From Paraspadella gotoi (Eukaryota > Animalia > Chaetognatha): a stretch of 64,000 nt of DNA. Position 1 is the first letter of the stretch. Each line of letters starts with the position of its first letter. The notes beneath the pieces are model-generated. The model was not told where the DNA came from, made no database searches, and saw nothing but the letters and a program-made list of their open reading frames with translations. The position numbers and the translations under genes are program-made. The stretch lies in assembly GCA_051294375.1 (NCBI GenBank), contig CM119264.1, positions 27,447,469 to 27,511,468 on the forward strand, written 5' to 3'. This document shows positions 38,701 to 52,820 of this stretch, piece after piece.

Positions 38701-41635
38701 CTTTTATTCAAGAATCAGCGAGAAATATTTGTTTTCTGTAATAAAAAGTCTTCACAAAGGAATTCGTGTTTCATTTTAAAGATTGTTTTTTTTCTTCGTT
38801 AAAACTTTCTCGCAGTGAATTATGTCGGAATTTCGGGTTTTGTGTGGAAAAAAATCAGTCGAAACAAAACAGAAAATTAAGAACAACCAACAACAACAAC
38901 AAGCGGAAAAAGAACGAAAACCAAAACCTAATCTCCCGGTCTGCGCCACTCACGCGCGCCGCAGCCGCAGCCTGCCGGACACTGGCCGCCGCGCAGCCGC
39001 CAGGCACGCCGTACACTTTGCGTCGCCGTTCCGACCGGACGTCCGACTCCGCACTTGAAATGGGAGGGCTCTCAACGTGACCCGAGGGCGACCCCTGCCA
39101 TGGGTGGAAGTGGCAGAGGTCGAATCCCATCTGCATGGTGAGGGCTCCTGGCAGGGGTCACTCGACCCGGGAAAAGGAAGACGATCAGCGAAATACAATC
39201 ACGAGTGCGCGGAAGACGAGGCGAAGCGACCCCCGTGGTCATCTGCTTCCATAATACTAATCAGAAATTTAAGGAAAAATAATCACATTTCGGCTCCCAT
39301 TCTTACGGACGAATGGATTAGAAAGCGATCGCGAACGTGAGCAGACAGAAACGAAAACAGAAACAACACAAAGACAACGTACCAGTCCTTGGCGCATCAT
39401 CAGCTTATAGTTTCTGAGATGTCCGGAAGTTTTTCAGGCCGCGCTGCGACGTGAGAACAGGGTTTACGGCGTGGTGCGTATAAGCAAAGACGCTACGTGG
39501 CTGTGGACAAGGATCGGCCCCCTCTGCGAGACGTATTACAAAGGACGCCAGTGCCCGGTGGCCTGAAAACTTATTCACGCCGGGCCACAGGTGGCGTAAG
39601 CGATGATGTGGCGCTCAATAGAAATAGAGGAATGACTTGAGCAGATCTGTATCTTCATCCTTGCTCTCAAACAACGAGCGACGTTCTCGTTCTCGCATTC
39701 TCGTCGTCATATCGGAGAGGAGAGAGAAGAAGCGAGAGGGAAGAGAGGATATTAAAGAGATAAGTAAGTCTGTCCAACAGGCTCAACAGCGCATCTCGCC
39801 CATGGACGGGAAGAAAGTAATGTTCCCAGTAAAGTGTGAGTCGAAGGAGGTGAGTTGAAACTTTAGACTGATGAAAATAGGAAAAGAATCATTTATTTGG
39901 TAAACGAGGAATCAGGGTGTGGGGAAGAATTTTTGGTCTCCTGGATAAATATTTAATTTGAGAGACATCTATTCAAAGTATCGTTAGGTTAATCAAATAT
40001 TTTTTTTACTGTTCATTATTATGTTTATTCTAATTAAAAAGAAACAGACTGCAACGTTTGGTCCTGATAAAATTATGTTTAATTTGCAGAGAATATATTC
40101 AGTTTGCCAAGGTTGTTTTGGTTAATCGAATGGATTTTTATTGTTCATTATATCATTTATCTACATTAAGAGAAACGACGATCAATTTTACAAATAGGGG
40201 AAATATTGAAAAAACCATAAATATCTTATTGAAATCACCTGATATGAAATAAAATATCACCCCACCCGTCTTGATAGGCCTGATGCGGGCTTAATGAGCT
40301 GCACCTAATTACATAAGAAATAGAATTAATCTAAGTTCGTTGAGCTAAGACGCTTAATTGCTGAAGGGCAAATTGTTCCCATGGTTCGTTCCGCCTTGTC
40401 AGAGTTGTCTAACCCGGATGCGTCCCACCGATAGCAAGCCGACCAGAGTCGTGGATCAGTGTGCCGGAAGTAGTCATCAGCGCAATCTAAGTGTGGGGGT
40501 ATATGTATCTAACTGTCAAGAGGATGCTGATCTCCCTAAGAGGAGGCATGGCGGTCCCCCTCAGAAGAGGCCATGGGCGTCTCCCGTCGTCCGTTCCACG
40601 TAAGATTCACTCTGGGTTTTCGCGATTTGGAGAAGTTGTTGAACTTTAATCCCCTACCGAAAAGTTAACGTCTTATTCTGACTGTCCGTCTGAAAAACAA
40701 GAGCATTTAAAATACTTTGTCGATTTTGGGAGTTGGGTAACCTTGTGTCGAGTTGACAACAGCAAAAGTCTGAGCCAAATATTCTCTATCTCTCTCTCTC
40801 TCTTCTCTCTTCTCTCTCTCTCTCTCTCCTCTCTCCTCTCCTTCTCTCATCTCTCTCTCTCTCTACTCTCTCTCTTCTCTCTCTTTTTCTCTCTCCATAA
40901 TATTCGAAGAACAACAATAAAAAAGTCCGACTGAATGTAGGAGCGATGGAATGACCTCGAGATTGGCCAAGGCCCCGGCGGCTGCGGCCTGCGACTGCGG
41001 CCGGTCCGGCGTCGGCCCTTGCTCCCTTTCGAGTCACATTAGCGATGGTTAACGTGTTTTCTCAGATCTGACGTTGACACGCTAAAAGGATCGCGGGAGA
41101 CGCCGGGGCCGAGAGAGACGGTGGGCGTGGCCCATATTTTTTGGTGGGAAAGGGCGGGGGGGGGGCAAAGGAGAAGACATTCTAGACAAGTAACCGAGAA
41201 ACAACATACGGAGAAATTTCGGCAAGGCGCATGGAAATCCATGGAGAGAGCATGCTGAGAGGCATGGATTGATTGGAATTAGAGTGGGCGATTAAATCTG
41301 GAAATAAAACAGGAACATGAGAAATACAAATCGGAAAACCTTTTATCGCATGTATCTATTTTTAGAAGCGAATTATTCCGCTGCAACTGGCGCAGATGGT
41401 TAACGAAGCGTGATTTGGGGGCGGGGGGGGGGTTGCAATATGCACATACATAACTCGTTTGAAACGAAATGGGAAACAGACGAAAATGCCATCAGTTTTG
41501 TTTAAACTGAAATATTAATGAGTTTCGTCTCCGTCGCTCGTGTGCTTCGTTAAATATTTCAGGTCTCAATTTCGTTCCGACGAAGCTAATATTTGAGGAG
41601 AGAGAGAGAGAAAGAGAGGAGAGAGAAGAGAGGAG

Positions 41636-41689
<54 letters not shown>

Positions 41690-44086
41690 GGAGAGGGAAA
41701 GAAAGAGATTTATGAGAGATGTGAGAAATGATAAGGGCAAATTTTTTAATCTTTCATTTCTTACTTTCAATCGGTTATTATTTAGGTGTTCGTTTTTATG
41801 CAATTTTTTAATTATTCATTAGCTACTTTTATATTATTATAATTATCTTGACTATCTTCCTTTCTAAATATATCTTTCCCTTCCTTCTTCCAAACTTCTT
41901 TTCTCTCTTTCTTTCTCCTTCCTTCCTTCCTTCCTTCCTTCCTTCCTTCTTCTTTTCTTCCTTCCTTCATTTCCTTCGCTTTTCTGTACTAATTCCGAAA
42001 CAAAAATTAAAAAATAACACTTTCATCATTGGCTGAGATCAAAGATATGTTTTTATTACGAGACATATTTCTATAAGGCAGCTACGTGAGTGCGGATTCG
42101 ATGTTAATGTGATCGTCAAAATACAGAATGTTAAGAGTGAATTTACAAAGACGTCACCAAGCGAATCTTTTTTCTGACATCAAGCTCGTGGTAGAAAAAA
42201 GTCTTCATAAATTATACTGTAAACGCGAAAAAGCTTGGTTAATTGTTAACAAAAAAGAAATAGGCAAATAGCTGGTTGTTTCTTTCTTTTTTTTATTCTT
42301 ATCATTCGTCTTACCGTAAGGCACTTTCGGGCATTGGTCGTTTTACTAATTCAATTTTTTTCTCATTGATTTAATAAAAACAGAAAAATAAATTAAAGAA
42401 ACTAAGAATTAAGGTTCCCGATGGTCCGATGACCGGTGACGAGGCAATCTTCGTGAGCGTGGCGTCAGCGTCACGTTGGATTGGCGGCTCCCGAGGTGGC
42501 GCTGGGTGAGACGCGTCGGCGTTGGACAATCCAGTTGATAGAGGCCAAAATGATGCGGACGAATAATGACGAGCCCGACCACGGACTGCGGGGAAAAAAA
42601 ATTGTTAAATTATTCCTTTAATTATTGGTTGTTTATGATTATCGATTTATCAATTTTGTGAGTATATAAATCTTACAGTGTATTATCCATTATTTCTTCA
42701 ACAAAAATTAACCACGATCAAATTTTAAAGACCGACTGTCAGAAATTCATGCGTCATGTAAACAGTGAACGCTTGCAAATTGTTACTTCCAAAATTTTGG
42801 GATTTAATTTTGGATATTTGAACGGTAAGATCTGGAACCTACGACAACCCCAACAACGCGACAACAAAATATAACAATAACTTGGTAATAAAAAAAAACC
42901 CACAACAGATGCGATCAGAGAGCTGATCAAAGCTCTTGGGCGCTCAACGTCGCCGACCGGTAACGAAATCCCAGACAAATTATATACGGAGCGAAATTAT
43001 ATTTCGTCTCTTCGACGGAGCGAAAAAACAAAAGAGGATTTTTTTTGGAGGAGGAAAATATAGAAAGAGGAGAAGGGAAAAAGGAGAAGGAAAAGGAAAA
43101 GAGAAGAAAAAGGAGGAAGAGAAAGAAAAAGGAAAGGAAAAAAAGGAAGGAAGGGGAAAGGAAAAGGGAAGAAAAAAGGAAATAGAGAAGAAAAAAGGAG
43201 ATAGAAAAAGAGAAAGGAAAGGAAAGGACATAGAAAAAGAGAACAACAAAGAAAAGAAGAGAGAGAAATCGAAAAGGGGAAAAAGAATAGGTAAAGAAAA
43301 AAAAAATATTTGGAGTCCCAGGGAGAAAGTGAGGGCAGAAGAAATAAAAATTAAGGAGGAAATTGGAGAAGAAAGAAGGAAAGAGGAAATGTACCGTAGT
43401 CTTTAGGTCGAGACAGAAAACTAAGAAAAAAAAAGAAAAGTAAAAGAGAGAGAAAACGGGAAATCGAGTTGAAGGGGAAAACAAGATCGAAAGTAAAAAA
43501 GGAGAAAAATTTGAATTTCGATGTAAGAATGAGGAAAAAAAGGGAAGATGCGCCTGAGGGATACAAATCTCGAAGTTTATTGGAAAAATCTTTTTAAAAA
43601 AGAAAAGAAGGAAGAAAAAAGAAAAAAAAAGAACAAAAAGAAAAGGAAAAAAAGAAAAGAGAGGAGGAAAAAATATAAACAAAAGAACGAGAGGAAGAAG
43701 AAAGGAAAAAATAAGAATTCGCTTCAGTGACCGATTATAGAAGTTTTATCATTTAAAAAAAATCAGTGAGAGAATGAATTCTCTATTTTTTTTTTCGCGG
43801 ATCAAAATTCGTTTTTTTTCATTCACATACGACTGTATTATGGAATGATTAGGCGTCGAAAAAAAGTTAATTTGAGAAACCTAGGAATCAATCAAGTCAG
43901 AGTGAAGTATAATAACTTAAAATACGAGTTGAAAGAAATTACTTTATTACAATTCTCTTAATCATCTTTTATAATTTTCTCTCAATGACGAGGGAAATCT
44001 TATAATACTATTTAGATTTTTTGTTTTACTTGGATATATACAAGTCGTGATTTTTACTCCTGCTTAGATTAATGCTCATTACTTAT
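34546..44086. repeat. Copy B of the triplicated segment (noisy; starts at an N gap)
   Basis: Colinear with copy A and with 45862-54340 up to CATTACTTAT (44086 = 54340). Confidence 0.9.
42471..42585 (-). pseudogene. Frameshifted duplicate of VAMP exon 3 (probably artefactual)
   Basis: Aligns to 52705-52820 with several single-base indels. No duplicate of exons 1-2. Confidence 0.7.
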
Positions 44087-44359
44087 AGACCACATTTTTT
44101 ACCGCAACAATGTCATAGAACTCGGAAACCACGAACATTCGAAATAAAATTCTCTTTTCGTTTGGTAATATAATTTTAATTAATTTCTAAAAAATTCGCT
44201 TGACCCAGGCGAGTTAAAGCAAAGGTAACAACATCCAAATTGGAACTCTTCTCAGTTACATATTTATTATTTTCGATATAATTTAGTTAATTATTAAATT
44301 TCTGTGACTGATAGATAGTTATTCTTTGTTTAATTTATTAAGATAATCTTTTTTTACAG

Positions 44360-45660
44360 ACAGTCCATTTAGATCCATGAACACTCGTCTGCTACAGGGG
44401 GAGTTCCTCTGTTTCCCGATTTGGTATTTGCAAGCGCTTAGCGAACTTTCGACCACCGTGGCAGAACACCAAAAGGGGCAGCAATATTGGAAACGGTTCT
44501 TTACATTTTTACATCAGCCCAAAAACCAACGAGATAAAATGAGACTGCTTATGTCGTAGCTCTAGAATTAACTTTGGAAACTGGGTGACCGCGCGAATCC
44601 CTTTGCTTCACCTGAAAATAATTCGGAAGAACTAAGGAAGAACTAAGGAAAAAAATTACAATGTCAATTTTTAGTAGATATGAGTAGAGTAAAATTAGAT
44701 AAATTAATTATGCACAAAATGCTTTGTAGTTTGCAGATTTATTTAGATTTTTAGAAATCATTATCATTATATTGCCAAAAGCACATCATAATAAATTAAT
44801 ATGTAGTCAGTTGATCTCGTCTCTTTTTCTTCAGGCAAAGAAGCTCAACTTCACATGACAAAGGCTAAGCACATACCTCACGTCGTTGGATGGGTAGCTG
44901 CCTCTACATTCTAAAATGCGATCGTTGGTGATTCTTTCGTTTTGAGTCACCAGCAGAAAATGGATGTCTTGGTGATGTCTTATTACATCTTTGTACATTC
45001 AATTTTATTACTGGTTCTGCTGTCCATTCATGGCGGATGCTCCATTCCTTACTCTCTCCCTTCGATGAAGATCTAATGGCGTGGCGATCAAGGATCGCGA
45101 TGGGGCCATGATGAACTAAGAAAGATTGATTTACATACCGAATATCTTTCTGGCCACTGCGGTTATTCTCGCTGGCTCAAAAAAAAGTCTCAAATCAACT
45201 AAATGTCGATGGCTGAAGCCCTCTGAGCTCTGAAAAGGTCTAAGTAGAATGGGAAAGCCGGAAATACCATGTGTATATGAAGACAGCAAATTAGAAGATT
45301 ACGTTTCGGCTGATTCATGGTTATTTTTTCAGGTTCTTTGCAATATTTTATCAATAATTTTTATATTAATTATATCTAATTTCAATACTATTATCATTTA
45401 TTACACAGCTTGTCACTTTGAGCCATCTCTTTTTTGTCGAAACCTGGGGAAGAAATGTAATGATACGCCAACTACCACTCATCTGCAAGCTTGTAAATGG
45501 ATTTTCGCCACTCCAATGATGCTTGCGGAGAGGGTGGTTAAATTTGCAAGTGATTACAATGGTTCATAACCCGTAATAAAATCAACATGAAGCATGCTTC
45601 AGGGCGTTGAGAACATCGTCGATCTCACCCTAGCCAAACAAGTGTCTCATGACTTCAAGT
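44360..45660 (+). mobile_element. Decayed or noisy intron-containing hAT-like (hATm-type) transposase, C-terminal half
   Basis: Across frameshifts: RWMGSCLYILK (~44884), HTEYLS (~45133), KLEDYVSADSWLFFQ (~45290) and ND-AERVVKFASDYNG...LQGVE-HRRSHP (45515-45630). These recall the RWMxxxIYxLK / HLWYLS / NDxAERGVK motifs. AT-rich introns end at 44834 and ~45408. Confidence 0.65.
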
Positions 45661-45861
45661 TAAAAGATTCAGTTAACATAACAATGCAAGAATTGTTTGC
45701 CTCTTGCTGTCACTTTCATGAGAGAAATAAATTGGTTTAAAAATATTAAATTACACTTCGGTATATTTTGCTTAATACTTTTTTATTAATTTTTAAATAA
45801 ATTACAACTACATCGAGTTTTTTACATTCATTTCAANNNNNNNNNNNNNNNNNNNNNNNNN

Positions 45862-45894
<33 letters not shown>

Positions 45895-46103
45895 TAGATA
45901 TCAAAGGAAAGGAAAAGTAGAAATGAAAAAGGAAAGGAATAAAAAGAAAAGAAGGAAAACATGAGTAAATAGAAAAAAACATAACATAAAAGAGACCACC
46001 AATTATAGAAATTGAACGAATTCAAAAATTCAGACACTAGATATAAAAATAAAAAAATTCTGTAACTCTAAAATATATTGAGGGATTCAAAATAGAGAGA
46101 GAC

Positions 46104-46178
<75 letters not shown>

Positions 46179-46342
46179 AGAGAGAACGAGAGCGGGAGTT
46201 GTCTTGTCATCTCAGCAGTCGGCTGTCCCTTGTCCGCCCCCCCTCTCCCGGCTTTGATTTGTTAACGCGCTATCATCCGGACAGAATCGAAAGAAGGAAA
46301 TGGATAATTAAATGAGAGAAAGCAACAGAGACTTTGTTTAGC

Positions 46343-46381
<39 letters not shown>

Positions 46382-46622
46382 AGAGGAGAGAGAGAGAGAA
46401 GAGAGAGAGAGGAAAGGAGAGAGAGAGAGAGAGAGGGCAGAGAGAGAGAGTCGTCCTCCGTTCTCTATTTTCATGATCTGAATGAAAGGAGCAAAGAGAA
46501 ACAACGCATACAACGAAGAGGAGCAATCTATGGCGCTTGGCGTTCCTAACGGCGTCACCTCTTTTCGCGATTCTCCAGTGAGACTCGTTCTTTCCGAGCA
46601 ATTCCGTTCTGTAAGTGTAGCT

Positions 46623-46653
<31 letters not shown>

Positions 46654-46684
46654 TGCCCGTTGATTATTTTCGATGAGGACTTTA

Positions 46685-47125
46685 GCTCTCTTTTTCAAAA
46701 GCGCCCCATTTCTGCTCCCTAATCCCAGAAATTAATTTTAATTTAAATATTATAAGACAGTTTAATTATTTACAACAACAATTTATTATTAAAAGACAAA
46801 CATGTTTTTGGTGCCAAAATGTTTTGTGAATTAATTACAAATAATTAAACTGTCTTATAATCTACAAACACATAATTTAAATATTTAAGCATTATTTATC
46901 AGTATAAAAGGTGATAGACAGACTAAATCCTTAATCTAATCTCTAACACTAATTCCTAAATCTAATCCTTAACCTTATTTGTCCTTAATTGTAAACCTTA
47001 ATTAATAACATTAACCATTAACCTAATTAGTAATCATTAACCCCAATTTTTAACCTAAACTTCAAACATAAAAATTAAATATTGCGTATTTAGGACAAAA
47101 TGAGACGTTCTGGGAAAATAAGGCC
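46685..47125. mobile_element. MITE-like element with degenerate telomere-like (TAAMCC) interior
   Basis: Right end CGTTCTGGGAAAATAAGGCC is shared with 57979-57998. Left end GCTCTCTTTTTCAAAAGCGC is found inverted at ~58075-58097. Also present in copies A and B. Confidence 0.5.
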
Positions 47126-48122
47126 TAGATTACTTTTTAAATAAAAATATACGAAATATTAAATATATTAATATCGACAAAACTCAGCTGAGATTTCTTT
47201 TTAAATAAAAATATTCGAAATATTAAATATATTAATATCGACAAAACTCAGCTGAGCGAAAAAAGCGAAACCTCGCAGGCGCCTGTTATACACAACACTG
47301 GTACATAAATGATCGAAAGAAATATTTGATTATTAACTAATATATTTTAATATTAATATTTTGTATTTTAGGATAATTATATGAAAAAAATATATGACAA
47401 AATAAATGTTCATTTTTTAATTTATAATATATATATATGAGTATTTAGTGAATATAATTTAAGACATATTTCTATAAAATTTAAAAAAAAATTAATTACT
47501 AATTATCAAAATTTGTGAAAAATTATTTAAATTTATTCCATTTCAAAAATTTAATAAACGCTAAAATTAAATCATAATGATGTGCAAAATAAACATTCTT
47601 TTTCCGATAAGCTACGAAGAGTGAGAAAAAGAAAAAGAAAAAACTAAGAGGCCTTCTTCCCTTTTCTCCTCGACTCATTTGTTCAGGAATCAACTCACAA
47701 AAGAAAAAAAAAAGAAAAGCAGAGAGAAAATGGAATCGCAATCTCATTGTATAAACGAGAAAAGGGAAAAAAAATGAGAAAAGGGATAAATTACGGTGAA
47801 GGTAAACAATGAAACGACGGAATCAGAAACCCGCGATGGAAAAAGGAAGATGACGATTGCCTGGAATTGGATAACAAGATAACAAAGGAAGTTTAAATCC
47901 AGAAAATTATGTAAACAAACAAACTTTCTCCATCGAAAAATTTGAAAAAAAACGACGAAGCCATATTTTTTAATTAAAAAAAAAAAAAAAAACTCGGGAG
48001 AAAAATTTAATTATTCGATTTCGAAAATTGAATATCGTTACAAACAAATTTCTTTTGATTGCGAGAATTAAAATATTTCACACTGACTTACAATATTGAG
48101 CGTCTTAAACATGAAATTCTCT

Positions 48123-48205
<83 letters not shown>

Positions 48206-50795
48206 TCTCTCTCCTTCCACATGAAAATCTTGATTTATCATACATACATCGATAGATATAAATACATTATTTAATCCAAAAAGAAAACTTGTTCGCTTTG
48301 ACTAACGATCCTCTTCTGATGATGATGAATCTTCACTGGAATTTCTTCTCGAGAAGCGAACATTTTTCACCATAAGCGAAATCAAAGCTCTCACTCTTTC
48401 CGATTCACGAAAGTCGCCAATTGCGAAGTTAATTAAACGTACACCGAGGAAAACAATTTCGCTCGACATCAGACAAATTGTATAGAATAACTTTTACTGG
48501 TATAAACAAAAAAACATTTCAGTCTATGCCACGAATTATTTCACAATTTTATTCAAACGCCGTCGCCAATAAGGCGAAAGCAATGACACATAAAGCAGTG
48601 GCTGGGCCCTGACTGAATGTCTCACGACTCAACTCAACTAAACAGGCGATTTCATCCCGCTCACAGCCTCGAGCGATATCCCGAGAATCCAGCGCCATTA
48701 ACGTGGCACTATAGAGCGAAGGCAACCATACTTAAGGGCATCGAGTCGAGACCCGAGGCTATAAAGAGTAAGTACGAACAACTATCGAAGCCACCGACCT
48801 TTTCCCGCCATTTTTAAGAGCGCCTCGGTTCCAAGGTGAACGTCGCGCCGCTCTGGATTACGGACGCCCCCTAGCGTTGGCGCTGCTTGCCTGCGTTGCT
48901 CGTTGATGACGTTGCTTCGCGGTTGTGGCGTTCGCTATTTTCCTTCTCCTTCTAGATCGTGCCAGTTACGACTTTTTTTTCTGGCCCCAAGATCGTGCCA
49001 TCCGCTACTTCCCTTCTCCCTCTAGATCGTGCCATTCGATTTTTTCGTTTTCTTTCTAAATCTTGCCATTCGTTGCTTTCACTTTGCCACCAAAACCGTG
49101 CCACCCGCTATTTTCGTTCTGCCAGTAAATCCGCGCAACTCGTTCCCTCTTACGGTGACGAGATGTTTTTTTTTTACTTTTATTCAAAACAGAAATATTT
49201 TGTTTTCTTAAAAAAATCTTTCACACGGAAATTCGTGTTTCATTTTAAGATTTTTTTTTCTCGTTAAAAACTTTTCAGTGAATATCGGAATTTCGGGTTT
49301 TGGTGAAAAAAAATCAGTGAAACAAACAAAAAATTAAGAACAACAACAACAACAACAGCGGAAAAAAAAGAAAAACCAAAACCTAATCTTCCCGTCTGCG
49401 CCACTCACGCCGCCGCAGCCGCAGCCGCCGCCGCCGCCGCCGCAGCCGCAGCCGCCTACACCTTTGCCGCCGTTCCGCCGCGTCCGACTTCGCCCACCTT
49501 GAATGGAGGGCCTCACGTGACCCGAGCGTCGACCCTGCCATGGGGTGGAATGGCAGAGGTCATCCACTCTGCCATGGTGAGGCCTGGCAGGGGTCATCGA
49601 CCCGGGAAGAAGGAAGACGATCGCGAAAACAATCACGATCGTCGGAAGACGAGCGAAGCCACGCCCACCGTGACGTCATCGCTTCCAAATAAAATCAAAA
49701 TTTAAGAAAAAAATAATCAACATTTCGCTCCCATTCTTACGGACGATATGGATGAGAACGACGCAACGACAACAAAAACGAAAACAACAACAACAACAAC
49801 AACGACCTCCTTCGCCTTCGTTTAAGTTTTGAGATGTCCGGATTTTTTCAGCCGCGTGACGTGAGAAAGGGTTACCGCGTGGCGTAAGCAAAGAACGCTA
49901 CGTGGCGTGGACAAGGATCGGCCCTCTGCGAGACGTTTACAAGGACCGTCCCGTGGCGAAAGCTATTCGCGCCACATGGCGTAAGCGATGATTGGCGTCA
50001 ATAAAATAGAGGAATGACTTGAGCGACTTATCTTCATCTTCTCCAAAACAAGCGACGTCTCGTTCTCTCTCGTCTCAATCGGAGAGAGAGAGAGAGAGCG
50101 AGAGGGAGAGAGATATAAAGAGATAAGAATGTCTTCCACACTCAACAGCTTCATCGCCTGGGGGAAAAAGTAAGTTCCGTAATGTGAGAGGTGAGTTGAA
50201 TTTAGACGAAATAGAAAAGAACTTTAGTTTGGTAAAAGAGAATCAGGTGTGGGGAAGAATTTTTTGGTCTCTGGATAAAATTATTTAATTTGAGAGAATC
50301 TATTCAATATTGTTAGGTTAATCAAATATTTTTTTATGTTCATTATTATGTTTATCTAATTTAAAGAAACGACATGCAATTTTTTGGTCTCTGGATAAAA
50401 TTATTTAATTTGAGAGAATATATTCATTATGCAATGTTGTTTGGTTAATCGAATGATTTTTTATGTTCATTATTATATTTATCTAATTTAGAGAAACGAC
50501 ATGCAATTTTTACAAATAGGGAAATATTGAAAAACCATAAATCTTATTGAATCCCGTGATAGAAATATAATATCACTCCCCGTTGGATAGGGCTGTGCGG
50601 GTTAATGAGCTGCACCTAAATTAATAATAAATAATTAATAATTCGTTGAGTAAACGCTTAATGTCTGAAGGCAATTGTCATGGGTTCTCGCCTTGTCAGA
50701 GTGTCAACCCGATGCGTCCACCGATAGCAAGCCGACCGACGGATCAGTTGTTCCGGAAAGCAAGGCAACTAAGTGTGGGGGATATTTACACTGTC

Positions 50796-50863
50796 AGAGA
50801 GGCATGGCGATCTCCCTAAGAGAGGCATGGCGGTCCCCCTCAGAGAGGCATGGCGATCTCCCT
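50796..50863. repeat. 23-bp tandem repeat AGAGAGGCATGGCGATCTCCCT, 3 copies
   Basis: Units start at 50796, 50819 and 50842. Confidence 0.85.
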
Positions 50864-51053
50864 CTCCTTCACAAGATCACTCTGGGTTTCGATTTGATAG
50901 TTTGTGAACTTTAACCTAAAAAGTTAACTCTTTATTCTTGACTCCGTCGAAAACACATTTAAACTTCGATTTTGGATTGACCTTCACACCAAATTCGCCA
51001 AATATTCTCTACTCTCTTCTCTCTCTCCTCTCTCTCTCTCTCCTCCCTCTCTC

Positions 51054-51091
<38 letters not shown>

Positions 51092-51794
51092 CAAAAATTG
51101 AAAAGAACAACAATAAAAAAGTCGACTGAATGTAGAGCGATGGAATGACCTCGAGATTGGCCAAGGGCCCGGCGGCTGCGGCTGCGACTGCGGCGGTCCG
51201 GCGTCGGCCCTGCTCCCTTTCGAGTCACCATTAGCGACGGTTAAGTGTTTTCTCAGATCTGACGTTGACACGCTAAAAGGGATCGCGGGAGACGCCGGGG
51301 CCGAGAGAGACGGTGGGCGTGGCCCTATTTTTTGGTGGGGAAAGGCGGGGGGGGGGGGCGAAAGGAGAAGACATTCTAGACAAGTAACCGAGAAACAACA
51401 TACGGAGAAATTTCGGCAAGGCGCATGGAAAATCCATGGAGAGAGGCATGCTGAGAGGCATGGATTGATTGGAATTAGAGTGGGCGATTAAATCTGGAAA
51501 TAAAACAGCGAACATGAGGAAATACAAATCGGAAAACCTTTTATCGTTATCTATTTTTAGAAGCGAATTATTCCCGCTGCAACTGGCGCAGATGGTTAAC
51601 GGAAGCGTGATTTGGGGGCGGGGGGGGGGTTGCAATATACATACATAACTCGTTTGAACGAAATGGGAAACAGACGAAAAATGTTCATCAGTTTTGGTTT
51701 AAACTGAAATATTAATGAGTTTCGTCTCCGTCGCCTCGTGTCGCCTTCGTAAATATTTCAGGTCTCAATATTCGTTCCGACGAAGCTAATATTT

Positions 51795-51933
<139 letters not shown>

Positions 51934-52704
51934 AAGAGAATTTATGAGAGATGGAGAAAATGAATAAGGGCAAATTTTTTAATTTCATTTCTTACCTTTC
52001 AATCGGTTATTATTTAGGTGTTCGTTTTTATGCAATTTTTAATTATTCATTGAGCTACTTTTATATTATTATAAAATTATTTGACTATCTTTCTTTCTAA
52101 ATATATCTCCCTTCCTTCCTTCCAACCTTCTTTTCTCTCTTTCTTTCTTCCTTCCTTCCTTCCTTCCTTCCTTCTTTCTTTTCTTCCTTCCTTCATTTCC
52201 TTCCCCTTTTCCTGTACTATTCCAGAAACAAAAATTAAAAAATAACACTTTCATCATTGGCTGAGATCCAAAGATATGTTTTTATTACGAAGACATAATT
52301 TATAAGGCAAGCTACGTGAGTGCGGATTCGATGTTAATGTGATTCGTCAAAAATACAGAAATGTTAAGGTGAATTTACAAAGACGTCACCAAGCAATCTT
52401 TTTTCTGACATCAAGCTCGTGGTAGAAAAAAGTCTTCATAAATTATACTGTAACGCGAAAAAGCTTGGTTAAATTGTTAACAAAAAAGAAAAGGCAAACT
52501 AGCTGGTTGTTTCTTTCTTTTTTATATTCATTATCATTCGAGTCTTACCGTCAAGGCAACTTTCGGGCATTGGTCGTTACTAATACAATTTTTTTCTCAT
52601 TGATTTAATAAAAACAGAAAAATAAATTAAAGAAACTAAGAATTAAGGCTTCCCGATGGTCCGATGACCGGTGACGAGGCAAACTTCGGAGCGTGGCGTC
52701 AGCG

Positions 52705-52820
52705 TCACGTTGGATTTGGCGCTGGCGAGGTGGCGCTGGAGGGAGACGCGTCGGCGTTGGACGAACTCCAGTTGATAGAGGCCAAAATGATGGCGACGAT
52801 AATGACGAGCCCGACCACGA
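52705..52820 (-). CDS. VAMP8: VAMP8-like R-SNARE exon 3 (transmembrane helix + lumenal tail)
   Basis: TTTTTTCCCCGCAG acceptor, phase 1. Encodes VVVGLVIIVAIILASINWSSSNADASPSSATSPAPNPT*. Confidence 0.85.

Noticed and set aside
48305-48485. About 58-codon frames open on both strands
   Set aside because: No splice signals or homology, so strand and coding status cannot be decided.
49583-49593. CCTGGCAGGGG matching the 5' part of U1 snRNA
   Set aside because: No ATACTTA 5' end, no Sm site and no other U1 stems.
49370-49880. Telomerase-RNA idea (AACCTAA or TAACCCT near the pseudoknot-like element)
   Set aside because: The template matches are only 7 nt, and no U-rich triple-helix pseudoknot or H/ACA domain is visible.
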